Shown: positions 23,701 to 34,985, counted from the stretch's first letter. The stretch: DNA of 64,000 bases from Mobula hypostoma (GCF_963921235.1 NC_086109.1:19036001-19100000), one strand, 5' to 3'. Notes: generated by a model from the letters alone, not told the origin. Numbers and translations are program-made.

Positions 23701-24700
23701 CCTCACAGAATGGAGGCCAGTGATTGGTGGTGTGCCGCAGGGATCTGTGTTGGATCCACTGTTGCTTTTCATCCACATCAATGATCTGGATGACAATGTA
23801 ATAAACTTGATCAGTAAAATTACAGATGACACCAGGATTGGGGCTGCAGAGGGATCTGGAAAAACAGATCCATGATTTCTTGAAAGTGGCGTCACAGGTA
23901 GATAGGGTCATAAAGAAAGATCTTAGCACATTGTCCTTCATAAATCAAAATTCTAAGTACAGGAGTTGAGATGTTATGTTGAAATTGTTTAAGACATTGG
24001 TGAGGCCTAATTTGGAGTTTTCTGTGTATCTTTGGTCACCTACCTACAACAACGATGTCAATCAGATTGAAAGAGCACAGAGAAAATATACAAGGATATT
24101 GCCAAGAGCAGAGGACCTGAGTTATAGGGAAAGGTTGAATTTGTGAGGACTTTATTCCCTGGAGCACAGGAGAATGAGTGGAGATTTGATAGAAGTATAC
24201 AAAGTTATGAGGAGAATAGATAGGGTAAATGCAAGCAGGCCTTCTCTATTGGGTGAGACTAGCACTAGAGGTCATGGGTTAAGGGTGAAATATGAAATGT
24301 TTAAGGGAAACATGAGGGGGAGTTTCTTCACTCAGAGGGTAGTGAGAGTTTGGAATGAAATGCCAGCTGAAGTGGTGGATGCAGGCTCGATTTCAACATT
24401 TAAGAGAAATTTGCATAGGCGCATGAATGGGCAGGGTATGGAGGGCTACGATCCAGTTATATGTTGATGCGATAAGGCAGATTAAGAGTTTGGCACAGAC
24501 ACGATGGACTGAAGGGCCTGTTTCAGTGCTTCAATGTCCTATGATTCTGTGAGTTTGTACATTCCTCTGGGTGCTCCTGTTTCCTCCCACATTCCAAAGG
24601 TATATGGATTAGTACGTTAATTGGTCACATGGGTGTAATTGGGTGGCACAGGCTTATTGGGCCAGAAGGTCCTGTTGCCATGCTGTACCTTTAAAAAAAA
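20753..24700 (+). mobile_element. V-SINE split by a CR1 insertion (head 20753-20832, body and tail 24550-24700)
   Basis: tRNA-like head before the CR1; V-domain gggtgctcctgtttcctcccacattccaaag and CR1-type tail after it. Confidence 0.7.
20835..24549 (+). mobile_element. Older near full-length CR1 LINE, heavily mutated
   Basis: Colinear with 9399-13419: zinc finger, esterase (FRFLDHWALFQGRWDLF), endonuclease, RT (GVPQGSVLDP, ITDDTRIG); internal deletion near 23845; tail tcctatgattctgt. Confidence 0.93.
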
Positions 24701-24773
24701 GTTGTGTGTGTGTGTTTCTCAAGACTGCCAGCATCTGCAGAATCTCTTTCGTCACCAATTAAATTAGACTGAC

Positions 24774-24950
24774 TTGTAGAAGCATGGATCAGTAGATGTG
24801 ATACTGCTCCGGCTGAAAGTATCCCAGTTTGCAGCTCTGTGTTTCTTGGGTCTTTCTCTGAATCTTTGCACTGTTATTACTTTTTCGACCCTAGTTCTTT
24901 CTAGACAGTTTAATAGCACGGACCTGGTGGCAGTCTCTGCATGCATTGAC
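24774..24950 (-). CDS. Candidate host exon (SMHAETATRSVLLNCLERTRVEKVITVQRFRERPKKHRAANWDTFSRSSITSTDPCFY)
   Basis: Unique sequence; acceptor ctttttcctcataataAG, donor AA|GTcagt; 177 bp, only one open frame (phase 2-2). Confidence 0.5.
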
Positions 24951-25597
24951 CTTATTATGAGGAAAAAGCACATGTGCATTTTGATGAGCTATGATTCAGA
25001 CTTTCCATTTATGCAATATTAAAACATTTCATTATTTAATCCTGCAATGTATGGCCAGTAAGAAGAAGATTTGGCCTTGTCATCTCCTTAGCTCATTGCA
25101 CCATTTAATTTGTTTTTAAATTCCAGTTATCCATCTTGTCTCGACAATCCCACACATCCAGACTTAATCTAAATCTATCAGGGTTTGCAACTTTCATTTG
25201 TTCCTTGGTGTCTAAGGTATGCTACTTTTTGCTAGGATAAAGATTAGCAGGAGAGACTCTGGTTTCCCACATTCTTTTTCTGAATCGGTGTTAAACCACC
25301 CTCTCCTACCTGACTGCACCATCTTCTTTCGTGCCTTCCTTGTTCTACGGTCCACTACCCCGTACATGTTTCTCTTCACTACCCTATCGAATCTACTAGT
25401 TATCTTAACCTCCATGAGTAGATCACCTCAAACATATTCATAAGTTCAGAGGATCCCAGTCAAGTTTATACTACACAATCTGTCCTTCTCATCAAACCCT
25501 TTTGGTACATGCCTCTTTCAGGCAAATTCTCTGAAAATCTCACCTTCCTGAAGTACACTGCTCATGATTAAGCACACATTCCCCAACAAAAAAAAAC

Positions 25598-25787
25598 AAG
25601 ACATTCTGCAGATGCTGAAAATCCAGAGTAACACATTCAAAATGTTGGAGGAACTCAGCAGGTCAGGCAGCATCCATGAAGAGGAATAAACAGTCAACGT
25701 TTTGGGCCAAAGACCTTCATCAGTATTAGCGTCTCAGCCTGAAACATTGACTCTCTATAGATGCTGCCAAACTTGCTCAGTTCCTCC

Positions 25788-25795
<8 letters not shown>
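25598..25795 (-). mobile_element. Palindromic Penelope-derived mini-element (decayed)
   Basis: Tail, arm, turn at the hammerhead core (ccttcatcag, ~25720), then inverted arm. Confidence 0.75.

Positions 25796-25843
<48 letters not shown>
25789..25843. repeat. (GT)n microsatellite
   Basis: About 27 perfect GT units, expanded from the tgtgtgt end of the Penelope arm. Confidence 0.98.
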
Positions 25844-25849
<6 letters not shown>

Positions 25850-25914
25850 CGTGCGTGCGTGCCCATGTGTGTGTTACACGTTTCCCAAGTCTGCCAAAAT
25901 CAGAATTCCACACC

Positions 25915-26030
25915 AGCAACACACACAAATTGCTGGACGAACTCAGCAGGTCAGGCAGCATCTACAGAAATGAATAAACAGTCAACATTTTGGGCCGAGA
26001 CCCTTCTGCATGTCTAAGAAGGAAAAGGGA
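25915..26030 (-). mobile_element. Penelope-like pLTR fragment
   Basis: gcaacacacacaaattgctggacgaactcagcagg...gtcaacattttgggccgagacccttc. Confidence 0.8.
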
Positions 26031-26494
26031 AGACCCCTGAAGATGCCACCTTTGACCTCTGCTATTTACTCTCTGAACAGTGACTGCGAGACAGCACTTT
26101 CTTTTTTGGTGAAGTGTTAGCATTGGCTTGTGCTGGTTTAGTTGGGGAGGATGATGCAGCAGTGCCATAAATTTCCCTGAACTATTGTCCCATTCTTCTC
26201 TGCTATACTCTTTGGCAGACTCTGACCTAGAAAATGCTTCAGGCCATTTTGTTTTGTGCTAATGCAGCTTATGAAAGCTGTAACAGCCTGTGCTGAAAAG
26301 TTCACAGAAGTGTTCTTGACATTCTCTGTGTAACACCAGTCAGCGACTATCAATGCCTGCATTAGCCGAGCATTCTTTACTGATGTATTTCGAGCTCTCA
26401 CGGTTGCAGTTATGACCTTGGAAATCAGCTCTCAAAGGGAAAAATCAGAACACAAGCACCATTCTTCCAGTAACAACTTCATGTTCAGAATCGG

Positions 26495-27240
26495 AACACT
26501 GGAAGAACTCAGCAGGTCAAGCAGCACCTGTGAATGCAAAATGTGTAAGCTGGTGTCTCAGGGCCAAGACTTTGCATCAGGACTGTGAGGGAACAGGAAT
26601 GGTTGCTAGAAAGCAGTAGTGAGTAGGGGGACAGGCCGCTGGCTGGAACCAGATTGAGAGGGGACGACGGGCAACAGGGAGAAGGGGTGGTTTGACTGAG
26701 GCTAGTAGGTGATAGGTAGAGAGAGATGGGAGGGAATGATGGACACATGGAATGAAGTGGCAGCATGAAACGGGACGGATGAATAAAGAGAGAAGAAAGC
26801 AAGATGGACAGGTGAGTGCTGTATGAAGAGCAATGAGAGCATGGCTTAACTACAACAGGAAAATACAATATTCATACTATTCGGTCTGCCATCTACCGTA
26901 GTGGAAGATAAAATATTATTCTTATAGTTTGGCCTCCCCATAGAAATAAAGAAGACTAGGAACAGTGAACAATGTGGAAATGGAATGAGAGTTGAAATGA
27001 CATGTAACCAGAAACTCAGGGTGACATTTTTCTGAATGAGTGTTGTTAGTCCACAAAATGACCGCATAGTGCACACTTGGTTTCATCTTTGTAGAGGAAG
27101 CCATATTGCAAGCACCAAATGCATTAGACCAGGTTGGAGGAGGTGTGGTTGAATCTGTCCTCACCTGGAAGAACTGCTTAGGTCAATGGATGGTGGCGAC
27201 AGAAGAGGTGAACGGACAGGCCTCGCATCTCCTTCTTTCG
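26495..27240 (-). mobile_element. Penelope-like element 3' part (GIY-YIG remnant plus pLTR)
   Basis: PEFLVTCHFNSHS...LLYFYGEAKL...PNSMNI matches the 31220-31420 peptide; minus strand has cagtcCTGATGcaaagtcttggccctGAGAc. Confidence 0.75.
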
Positions 27241-27269
27241 CAAAGAAAATTGCAACTTCACAATGCAGT

Positions 27270-27560
27270 CTTACAATACATTGGTAAGAATCTACATGGT
27301 GTGCTGTGTACAGCTCTGGTTGCCACTCTACAGCAAGGACATGGCAGGAGTGGAGAGAATTCTGAAGAGATTTACCGGGGAAGTTACCTTGAATGAAGGG
27401 TTGTTATAAAGAGGGATTGAATCAGCAGTTTCCTGTCTCACTTGAATGTAAGAGGCAGAGGGCTAACCTTACTGAGGGTTACAAGATTATGCAGCTCAGA
27501 ATCTATTTTTCCCCAGGGCAGAGGAGTTTAGAACTAGAGGTCACAGTTTCAATGAGTGCA
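27270..27560 (+). mobile_element. Old CR1 ORF2 fragment
   Basis: YNTLVR...CVQLWLPLYSKD and RANLTEGYKIM remnants. Confidence 0.65.
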
Positions 27561-27776
27561 AAAATAGCACTCGAAGTGTTTCCTCTTTAAGAGACTAGGA
27601 TCGGAGGGAAATCAGGTCCTAAAAAGTTCCGGTGCAAACTGTACTGTACTTTCTCTGTAACTGTTGCACTTTTTTCTGCATTGTTATTGTTTTATCTTGT
27701 TCTACCTCAATGCACTGTCAAATGATTTGATCTGAATGAAAAGTACGCAAAACAAGCTTTTCACTGTATCTCAGTA

Positions 27777-28093
27777 AAAGTAAAGGTATCCGTTAGTCTT
27801 GCGAGACCATGGATCTGCGCCTGGAAAGTCTTCACTCTCCAGGGCGCAGGCCTGGGCAAGGTTGTATGGAAGACCGGCAGTTGCCCATGCTGCAAGTCTC
27901 CCCTCTCCATGACACCAGTGTTGTCCAAAGGAATGGCATTAGGACCCATACAGCTTGGCACCAGTGTCGTCGCAGAGCAATTTGTGATTAAGTGCCTTGC
28001 TCAAGGACACTACACGTTGCCTTGGCTGGGGCTCGAACTCACGACCTTCAGGTCACTAGTCCAATGCCTTAACCACTTGGCCACGTGCCCACA
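27777..28093 (-). mobile_element. tRNA-derived SINE, copy 2
   Basis: Reverse complement of copy 1; 12-bp TSD TGTATCTCAGTA (27765-27776, 28094-28105); inserted in a LINE 3' UTR. Confidence 0.92.
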
Positions 28094-28351
28094 TGTATCT
28101 CAGTACGTGACAATAATAAACTAATGCCAATTCAATTCCAAATCAAACACCAGGTAGTCCAATGAGCAAAAGAGGCTTCCTTTCTCAGGTCAATGATTCT
28201 CACAGTATGCTCAAATTTTGCAGGTTCCCCTGCTTTTGAAGTCATTTGGGGGAGAGATTCTCACTCTGGAAGTGTTAGGGAGATGGAAAAACTTGTTCAT
28301 AAAATTTGTCTATGCTAATTTAAGCCCATTTTTAACTGTAAAGCAATGTCA

Positions 28352-28872
28352 GAGCGACACACTCAAAATGCTGGAGGAACTCAGCCGGGCAGGCAGCATC
28401 TATGGAAATGAATAAGCAGTTGATGTCCTGGCTGAGGCCCTTCATCAAGACTGGAAAGGATGGGGAAAGAAAGCATAAGAAAGAGGGTGTGGGGGAAGGA
28501 GGGCAAGTTGGTTGTTGATAGGTGAAGCCAGGTGGCTGGGGAAAAGGCGGGGGGGGTTGATGTAAGAAGCTAGGAGGTGATAGGTGGAAAGGATAAAGGG
28601 TGGAAGAAGAAGGAATCTGATAGGAGTGGAGGTGGGACCATTTGAGGAAGGGAAGGAGTAGGGGCATCGGGGGAGGTGATCAGCAGGTGAGAAGATAAGT
28701 AAGCAAGTAGGGAATTGAAGAAGAAGGAAAGGGAAAATTACCAGAAGTTAGTGAAATCAATTTTCATGCCATCAGGTTGGTGGTTATCCAGACAGAATAT
28801 GAAGTGTTGCTCCTCCAGCCTAAGAGTGCCCTCATTGGTGCAGTCAACATGTTGGCATAGGAATGGGGATTG
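28352..28872 (-). mobile_element. Penelope-like element 3' end
   Basis: LRLEEQHFIFCLDNHQPDGMKIDF C-terminus, pyrimidine-rich pLTR, cagtctTGATGAagggcctcagcc. Confidence 0.85.
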
Positions 28873-29371
28873 TCAGCACTGTTTTTTGTTTAAGGTTTTG
28901 TGAATCAATTTCTGACCCTGAATTTGAACTGCCCATTGCCAACAATCCAATGTCCTGTTCTCAGGGCGGCTGCACAGTAACTTCTTGTTACCCTGCACTT
29001 CCCATAATTGAATATTCAACGTCACATTTCTAACCATTCCATGCCCAAAAGCCTTCAAACTGTATGATTAATCTCATACCAGATTTCTAAAGACTTGAAT
29101 CAACTTTAAACTCTCCAAGTTAGACTTCTTAACGTATATTACAAAGATCAACCTTGGTTCTAATCCATGAAGAACACCACTACCTACCAGTCCTCAATCT
29201 GAAGAACAACCATTCACAAATAAATTTTACCTTGAATCTTTCACCTAATTTTGAGTCCATGGTGCAAGTGATTGCTTTTCACCAGTGGACTTCACTATTG
29301 TCAAAAAGCCAGTCACACTGGCCCAGAAGCCAGTGTTCCTGGAGATGTAGATGAAATATTCTAAAATGTTC

Positions 29372-29490
29372 GGTGGCACAGAAGTGTAACAATTAGTACA
29401 TCGCTTTACAGCTCCAGTGATCACCGATCAGAGTTTAATTCACACTGCTGCCTGTAAGGAGTTTGTATGTTCTCCCTGTGACTGTGTGGG
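29372..29490 (+). mobile_element. V-SINE 5' part
   Basis: tRNA-like head plus ctgtaaggagtttgtatgttctccctgtgactgtgtggg. Confidence 0.7.
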
Positions 29491-29599
29491 ATATGATGGT
29501 GAACTATATTATGTCCCTATCCTGTAACTCAGTAGGTCCTGTGTCAGACCTTTTGAGTTTAAGCCTCAGTCCAAAGTACTGAACTCAATTTGGACTGCC

Positions 29600-29860
29600 A
29601 GTTCAGTCCTGCTCAAATAGCATCTAGACATTATAAAAACCCCCAATGGCTTTTTCAAAGAAAAGTGAGAGATCGTTTTTTTGCAAATATTAATCTTTCA
29701 AAGAAATACTACAAAATCAATTGTGCTGTGTCCCACACATTGCAGTTTGTGCAATCTCTGTATAAATTGATTATTAATGTTCACAGGATCATCACAATAA
29801 CTGTACTTCAGTAATCATAACGTGTTAAGGGTGTCCTGAGCTTGTGAATGACAAAACTAC
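29600..29860 (+). mobile_element. Ancient DeuSINE-like relic
   Basis: aaaaacccccaatggctttttcaaagaaaag...caaatattaatct...cacattgcagtttgtg...aaattg...gtgtcctgagcttgtgaa follows the Deu-domain motif order. Confidence 0.5.
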
Positions 29861-29989
29861 ATCATTTCATTTCTGTGTAAACCTGCACCAACACTCAGAA
29901 TTACAAGCATGAACCTTCACATAACAGCTGTAAAGTTGTAGATTTTTTATTAACAATCAATGATTGAGCAGCTAATTTAGTTTATTCAC

Positions 29990-30019
29990 CGTAGTATGTG
30001 ATCCATCTTCATCATGTTC
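29990..30019 (-). CDS. Possible 30-bp host micro-exon (EHDEDGSHTT)
   Basis: Acceptor catttgtattctAG, donor ACG|GTgaat, phase 0-0. Confidence 0.25.
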
Positions 30020-30776
30020 CTAGAATACAAATGTGGCGCTGTAGGGGAAGGGATTTGTATTCCGGGTCACTTCTGCCACGTTTAAATATCTCCATCTGAG
30101 CATTGCCAGCTGTTGATACTTCGGATGTGAGATCCAGATTGTGACTGATGTGCAGAGTGTCTGCAGTCCCCATGGAGCCAAGCTCCAGCTGTAATCCTCA
30201 GCATGCTGAAGAACTAAACACTCTGAGATTTGAAAATACATTTGTAATCTAAGCTTGATTTGTGTATGGTCAGAGTGATTGTGGCACCATCTGACCCTTT
30301 CTCAAGACATCATTGTTACTCTCACTTAAGGTATCACAGCTTCACCGATGTGCTTCTCTCCCAGACAACACAGTGATACTGACCGCTCCTGCTCCATTGA
30401 CGGCCCCCACCCATCCATCCACTTCTCACAAAGCTGGCCCCATTCCATTTCTGGTTATTGAAATGTTCACACAGCTCACCCATGCCAATGATCTCTACAT
30501 AGAAGCAACAGTGAATTCTCCTATCAGATGCAATAATTTGAATCAAATGAGTATTGTTTGGTTTCTGCAGTCAATAACCCAGTTAGCAACACATTGAAAC
30601 TCCTTTGCTAAACTGATGGAGCATTATATTTCAAGAGTTTATGGCATTTTCTAAAGCTCCGCACAACTTTAACAAGTTAGCTTTGTCCCAGGTCATTTTA
30701 AATCAAGGATTTTTTCCTGTCACTTTCTCAGTGGATTGTATTCACTACTGAACTTTCACAACATCTGTATTTACCA

Positions 30777-31697
30777 AACACGAGGAATTCTGCAGATGCT
30801 GAAAGTTCAAGCAACACACATCAAAGTTGCTGGTGAAGGCAGTAGGCCAGGCAGCATCTCTAGGAAGAGGTACAGTCGACGTTTCAGGCCGAGACCCTTC
30901 GTAAGGTCTAACTGAAAGAAGAGCTAGTAAGAGATTTGAAAGTGGCAGGGGGAGGGGGAGATGCAAAATGATAGGAGAAGACAGGAGGGGGAGGGATGGA
31001 GGCAAGAGCTGGACAGTTGATTGGCAAAAGGGATATGAGAGGATCATGGGACAGGAGGCCCAGGGAGAAGGAAAAGGGGGAGGGGGGGAAAAAACCCAGA
31101 GGATGGGCAAGGGGTATATTCAGAGGGACAGAGGGAGAAAAAGGAGAGAGAGAAAAAGAACGTGTGTATATAAATAACGGATGGGGTATGAGGGGGAGGT
31201 GGGGCATTAGCAGGAGTTTGAGAAGTCAATTTCATACCATCAGGTTGGAGGCTACTCAGACGAAATATAAGGTGTTTTTCCTCCAACCTGAGTGTGGCTT
31301 CATCTTTACAGTAGAGGAGGCCGTGGATAGACATGTCAGAATGTGAATGGGATGTGGAATTAAAATGTGTGGCCACTGGGAGATCCTGCTTTCTCTGGCA
31401 GACAGAGCATAGGTGTTCAACTGTCCCTCTGACTATAACCCTTGCCCATCCTCTGGGTTTCCCCCCCTCCCCCTTTTCCTTCTCCCTGGGCCTCCTGTCC
31501 CATGATCCTCTCATATCCCTTTTGCCAATCAACTGTCCAGCTCTTGGCTCCACCCCTCCCTCTCCCACTTTCAAATCCCTTACTAGCTCTTCCTTCAGTT
31601 AGTCCTGACGAAGGGTCTCAGCCTGAAACATCGACTGTACCTCTTCCTAGAGATGCTGCCTGGCCTGCTGCGTTCACCAGCAACTTTGATGTGTGTT
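30777..31697 (-). mobile_element. 5'-truncated Penelope-like element with inverted pLTR
   Basis: 14-bp TSD ATCTGTATTTACCA (30763-30776, 31698-31711); GIY-YIG C-terminus EHLCSV...LPVATHFNSTSHS...LRLEEKHLIFRLSSLQPDGM (31220-31420, minus); inverted pLTR copy 31420-31697. Confidence 0.92.
31601..31636 (+). ncRNA. Minimal type I hammerhead ribozyme motif (one helix III change)
   Basis: agtc-CTGACGA-agggtctcagcct-GAAA-cATC-gact; helix I agtc/gact; ACAT replaces the palindromic ACGT. Confidence 0.65.
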
Positions 31698-31874
31698 ATC
31701 TGTATTTACCATCTCCTTTAACCTTGCAAACAGCCACAACCTGCCTCGCAAGAGTTTAATCAAAACAAATGTAATAGTGAGATACTAAGGCTCGAGGTGG
31801 GAAGTCCACACCCAAAGGGTCTAGTTGAGGCTTAGGCAAGCAATCCCATAGCATTGTGATACCCAGGTAGCAGA

Positions 31875-32385
31875 AAAGTTCAAAGTGCAAAGGAAATTTA
31901 TTATCAAAGTAAGCATGTCACAATATACTACAATGAGATTAATTTTCTTGCAGGCATTCACAAAGAAATATAGTAGAATTAATGAAAAGCTACACACAGA
32001 GACTGACAAAAATAATGTGTAAAAGAAGACAAACTACCAATAAAAAATACTAATAGATCAATAAATAAATAATTAATACTGAGAACATGAGTTGTAAAGA
32101 ACTTGAAAGTGTTTATAGGTGGTGGAATCAGTTCAGTGTTGAGGTGAGTGAAGTTATCCATGCCATTCAGAGCCTGGTTGAAGGATAATAACCGTCCTGT
32201 GGGACCTAATGCTCCTGTACCTTCTTCCCGATGGCAGCAGCAAAAGTGATCTCGGTCTGGATGGCGGTGGTCCTTGATAATGGATGCTGCTTTCTTGTGC
32301 CAGCGCTCCCTGCCGATGTGCTCAATGGTACAGGAGGTTTTTCCTGTGATGGACGGGGCTGTACCCATAACTTTTTGTAGGCTTG
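31875..32385 (-). mobile_element. Rex1/Babar 3' fragment
   Basis: KKAASIIKDHRHP motif and tail ataaatttcctttgcactttgaac. Confidence 0.8.
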
Positions 32386-33419
32386 GTTACCAGTGGTGGA
32401 GTGGTAAAACCAGAGAGCTTTGAAATCATGGTGATTTGTAGGTTTGGAGGAGTTTAATAGGGAAGACTTTGAAAATAAAGTACCTGTAGTATCTATTATT
32501 ATGCAGGATAAATTGTTTCAAATAATTTAAGGGTCTTATAATTTCATTTTCAATATCAGAAGATCTGCAGTTCAAGTTTATGTTAATATTAAAGGCACTG
32601 ATTTTTTTTGCATTAATCTTATGGCTTTCTTCAAAGAACTTCTCAATGACAGCCAACACAATGATTAACATCAAAAGAATATGTTGTATGTTTTTAGTTT
32701 ATTCATGGGATGTGAGTGCCAGCATTTATTGATCTTAACCAATTGCCATTAGCAGGTGGTGGATGGGTTCAGGCCTGAAACTGCTGATGTTAAGGAACCC
32801 CAGGGAGATTGAGGTAAAGGAAACCTCAGGAGGCAGTGATCATAATATGATAGAATTCACCCTGCAGATTGAGAGGGAGAAGCTAAAGTCTATAGTATTA
32901 CAGCAAAGATACCATCATGGGTAGAAGATTGGCTGACTGGCAGGTGGCAAAGAGTGGGAATAAAGTGGGCCTTTACTGCTTGGCTGCTGGGACTAGTTGT
33001 ATACTGCATCTTTTCCCATTATGCAGTATATCAATGACTTGGATGATGGAATTGATGGCCTTATGGCCAAGTTTGAGGATGATACAAAGATAGGTGGAGG
33101 GGTAGATAGTGTGGAAGAAGCAGAGAGGCTGTAGGAGGACTTACACAGATTAGGAGAATGGGCAAAAAAGTAGCAGATGGACACTTTGGTAGAAGGAATA
33201 AAGGCATAGACTGTTTCATAACAGGGAGAAAATTCAAAAATCAGAGGTGCAAAGGATTCCTCGTGCAGGATTCCTTAAAGGTTAACTTACAGGTTGAATC
33301 TGTGGTAAGGAAGGCAAATGTAATGTTAGCATTCATTTCAAGATGACTAGAAAATAAAAGCAAGGATGTAATGGTGAGACTTTATAAGACATCGGTCAGA
33401 CTGCACTTGGAGTATTGTA

Positions 33420-33636
33420 ACATACATCAAAGTTGCTGGTGAACGCAGCAGGCCAAGCAGCATCTATAGGAAGAGGCGCAGTCGACGTTTCAGGCCGAGA
33501 CCCTTCGTCCTGACGAAGGGTCACGGCCTGAAACGTCGACTGCGCCTCTTCCTATAGATGCTGCTTGGCCTGCTGCGTTCACCAGCAACTTTGATGTATG
33601 TTGCTTGAATTTCCAGCATCTGCAGAATTCCTGTTG
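33420..33636 (+). mobile_element. Palindromic Penelope-derived mini-element (217 bp, young)
   Basis: 14-bp TSD CTTGGAGTATTGTA (33406-33419, 33637-33650); ~91-bp arms with one mismatch, 2-nt loop at 33510-33511, 34-nt unpaired 3' tail. Confidence 0.95.
33507..33541 (+). ncRNA. Minimal type I hammerhead ribozyme motif with intact core
   Basis: gtc-CTGACGA-agggtcacggcct-GAAA-cGTC-gac; loopless palindromic helix III (ACGT); predicted cleavage after GUC (33537). Confidence 0.75.
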
Positions 33637-34179
33637 CTTGGAGTATTGTATGCAGTTTTGGGCCCCTTTTCTCAGAATAGCTGTGCTGACATTGGAGAGG
33701 AAGTTCATGAGAATAATTTTAGGAATGAAAGGGTTAACATATGAGGAGTGTTTGATGGCTCCGGGCCTATACTTGCTGGAGTTTAGAAGAATGAGGGTGG
33801 AATCTTATTGTAGACTACCATATATTTAAAAGCCTAGATAGAGTAGATGTGGAAATGATGTTTCCGATATGAGACAGTCTAGGACAGAGGGCACAGCCTC
33901 TAAATACAAAGAAATCCCTTTAGAACAGAGATAAGAAGGAATTTCTTTAGCCAGACAGTGGTGATTCTGTTGAATTTATTGCCACAGACATCTGTGGAGG
34001 CCGTATAATAGGGTGATATTTAAAGCAGAGGTTATAAAGGTTCTTGATTAGTTAAGGTTTATGGGAAGAAGGTAGGAGAATGAGGTTGAAAGTGATAATG
34101 TCAGCCATGATGGAATGGAGAAGCAGGCCTAATTGTGCTCTTCTGACTTATGGCCTCGTTGTCTGCATTTCACTTCCAC

Positions 34180-34985
34180 AAGTTCAAAGTTCAAAGCATA
34201 TTTATTATCATTGAATGTATAAATTATACAACCTTGATATTTGTTTGCTTACAGGCAGTGACAAAGCAAGAATCCCCAAAGAATCCAATTGAAAAATTAA
34301 AGAAAAATCCCCAAGAGAAAGAGAAAAATAAACGAATCATGCAAACAACAGAAACGAGCACCAACAACAGCATTCTGAACTGAATTGAGCCCTTAGATCC
34401 AAATCCATGGAGCAGCCTGGATAAGGCCCATAGCCTCGATATTCGGTTCATCATATTAACAGGGAAATCGCCTAAAGGTTCACAGCACAGCAGCCAGGGC
34501 AGTCTCACAGCCACGGCATCGCAGAGAGAGGAGCCCCCAGTCTACCTGGGCCTGCGTTTAAACTGTCCGAACAGCAGATGGTACCTCGCACTAGGACCTG
34601 GGCCCCGCTGCAGCGAGTTGTTCTGGGCCTAGATTTCACTGCTGAAGGATGTGTTGTTGACCCCTCCAAACCGGCTCAGCACTTAAGAGTGACCCACCCT
34701 CTCACCTGTTGGACAGGAGTTGGAACTTCCCTGTCCTGTCCTCTCCTCTCTGAGTCGTTCACTCCAACCTGCACGGCGCCAGCTCCTTGTGCATCAATTT
34801 TGCAGTGCACCAGCAGGGCACATCTCATGAATTCACTTTGCCTTCGCTCACCTCTTCATTGTTTGCAGTGATAGTTTACTGCAATGTACCTCATAAAAAG
34901 TGTTACTAGTAATGTTTTTAATCAAATTTCTTTGTTTGCAGTAAGCTGTAGCAGACCTTTGGTAGTGCCATCTTAAACCGGAAGT
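34180..34985 (-). mobile_element. Non-autonomous non-LTR element (aagatggc 5' end, ctttgaac tail)
   Basis: Minus strand starts ...ttaagatggcact and ends tgataataaatatgctttgaacttg; similar tails at 47140, 48216 and 62600. Confidence 0.55.

Larger units (their letters stand above)
32790..34155 (+). mobile_element. CR1 ORF2 fragment with internal deletions, host of a palindromic mini-element
   Basis: YINDLDDG...KFEDDTKIGG; LEYC|MQFWAP split by the insertion; 3' end FFSQTVV. Confidence 0.88.

Noticed and set aside
25702..26017. Cys/Val- and His/Thr-repeat ORFs
   Set aside because: Translations of the (GT)n microsatellite and Penelope arms
30020..30550. Minus-strand ORFs in unique sequence
   Set aside because: No consistent acceptor, donor and frame combination and no recognisable motif
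30745..31759. Duplicated ORFs on opposite strands
   Set aside because: Produced by the inverted pLTR; only the GIY-YIG segment is ancestrally coding
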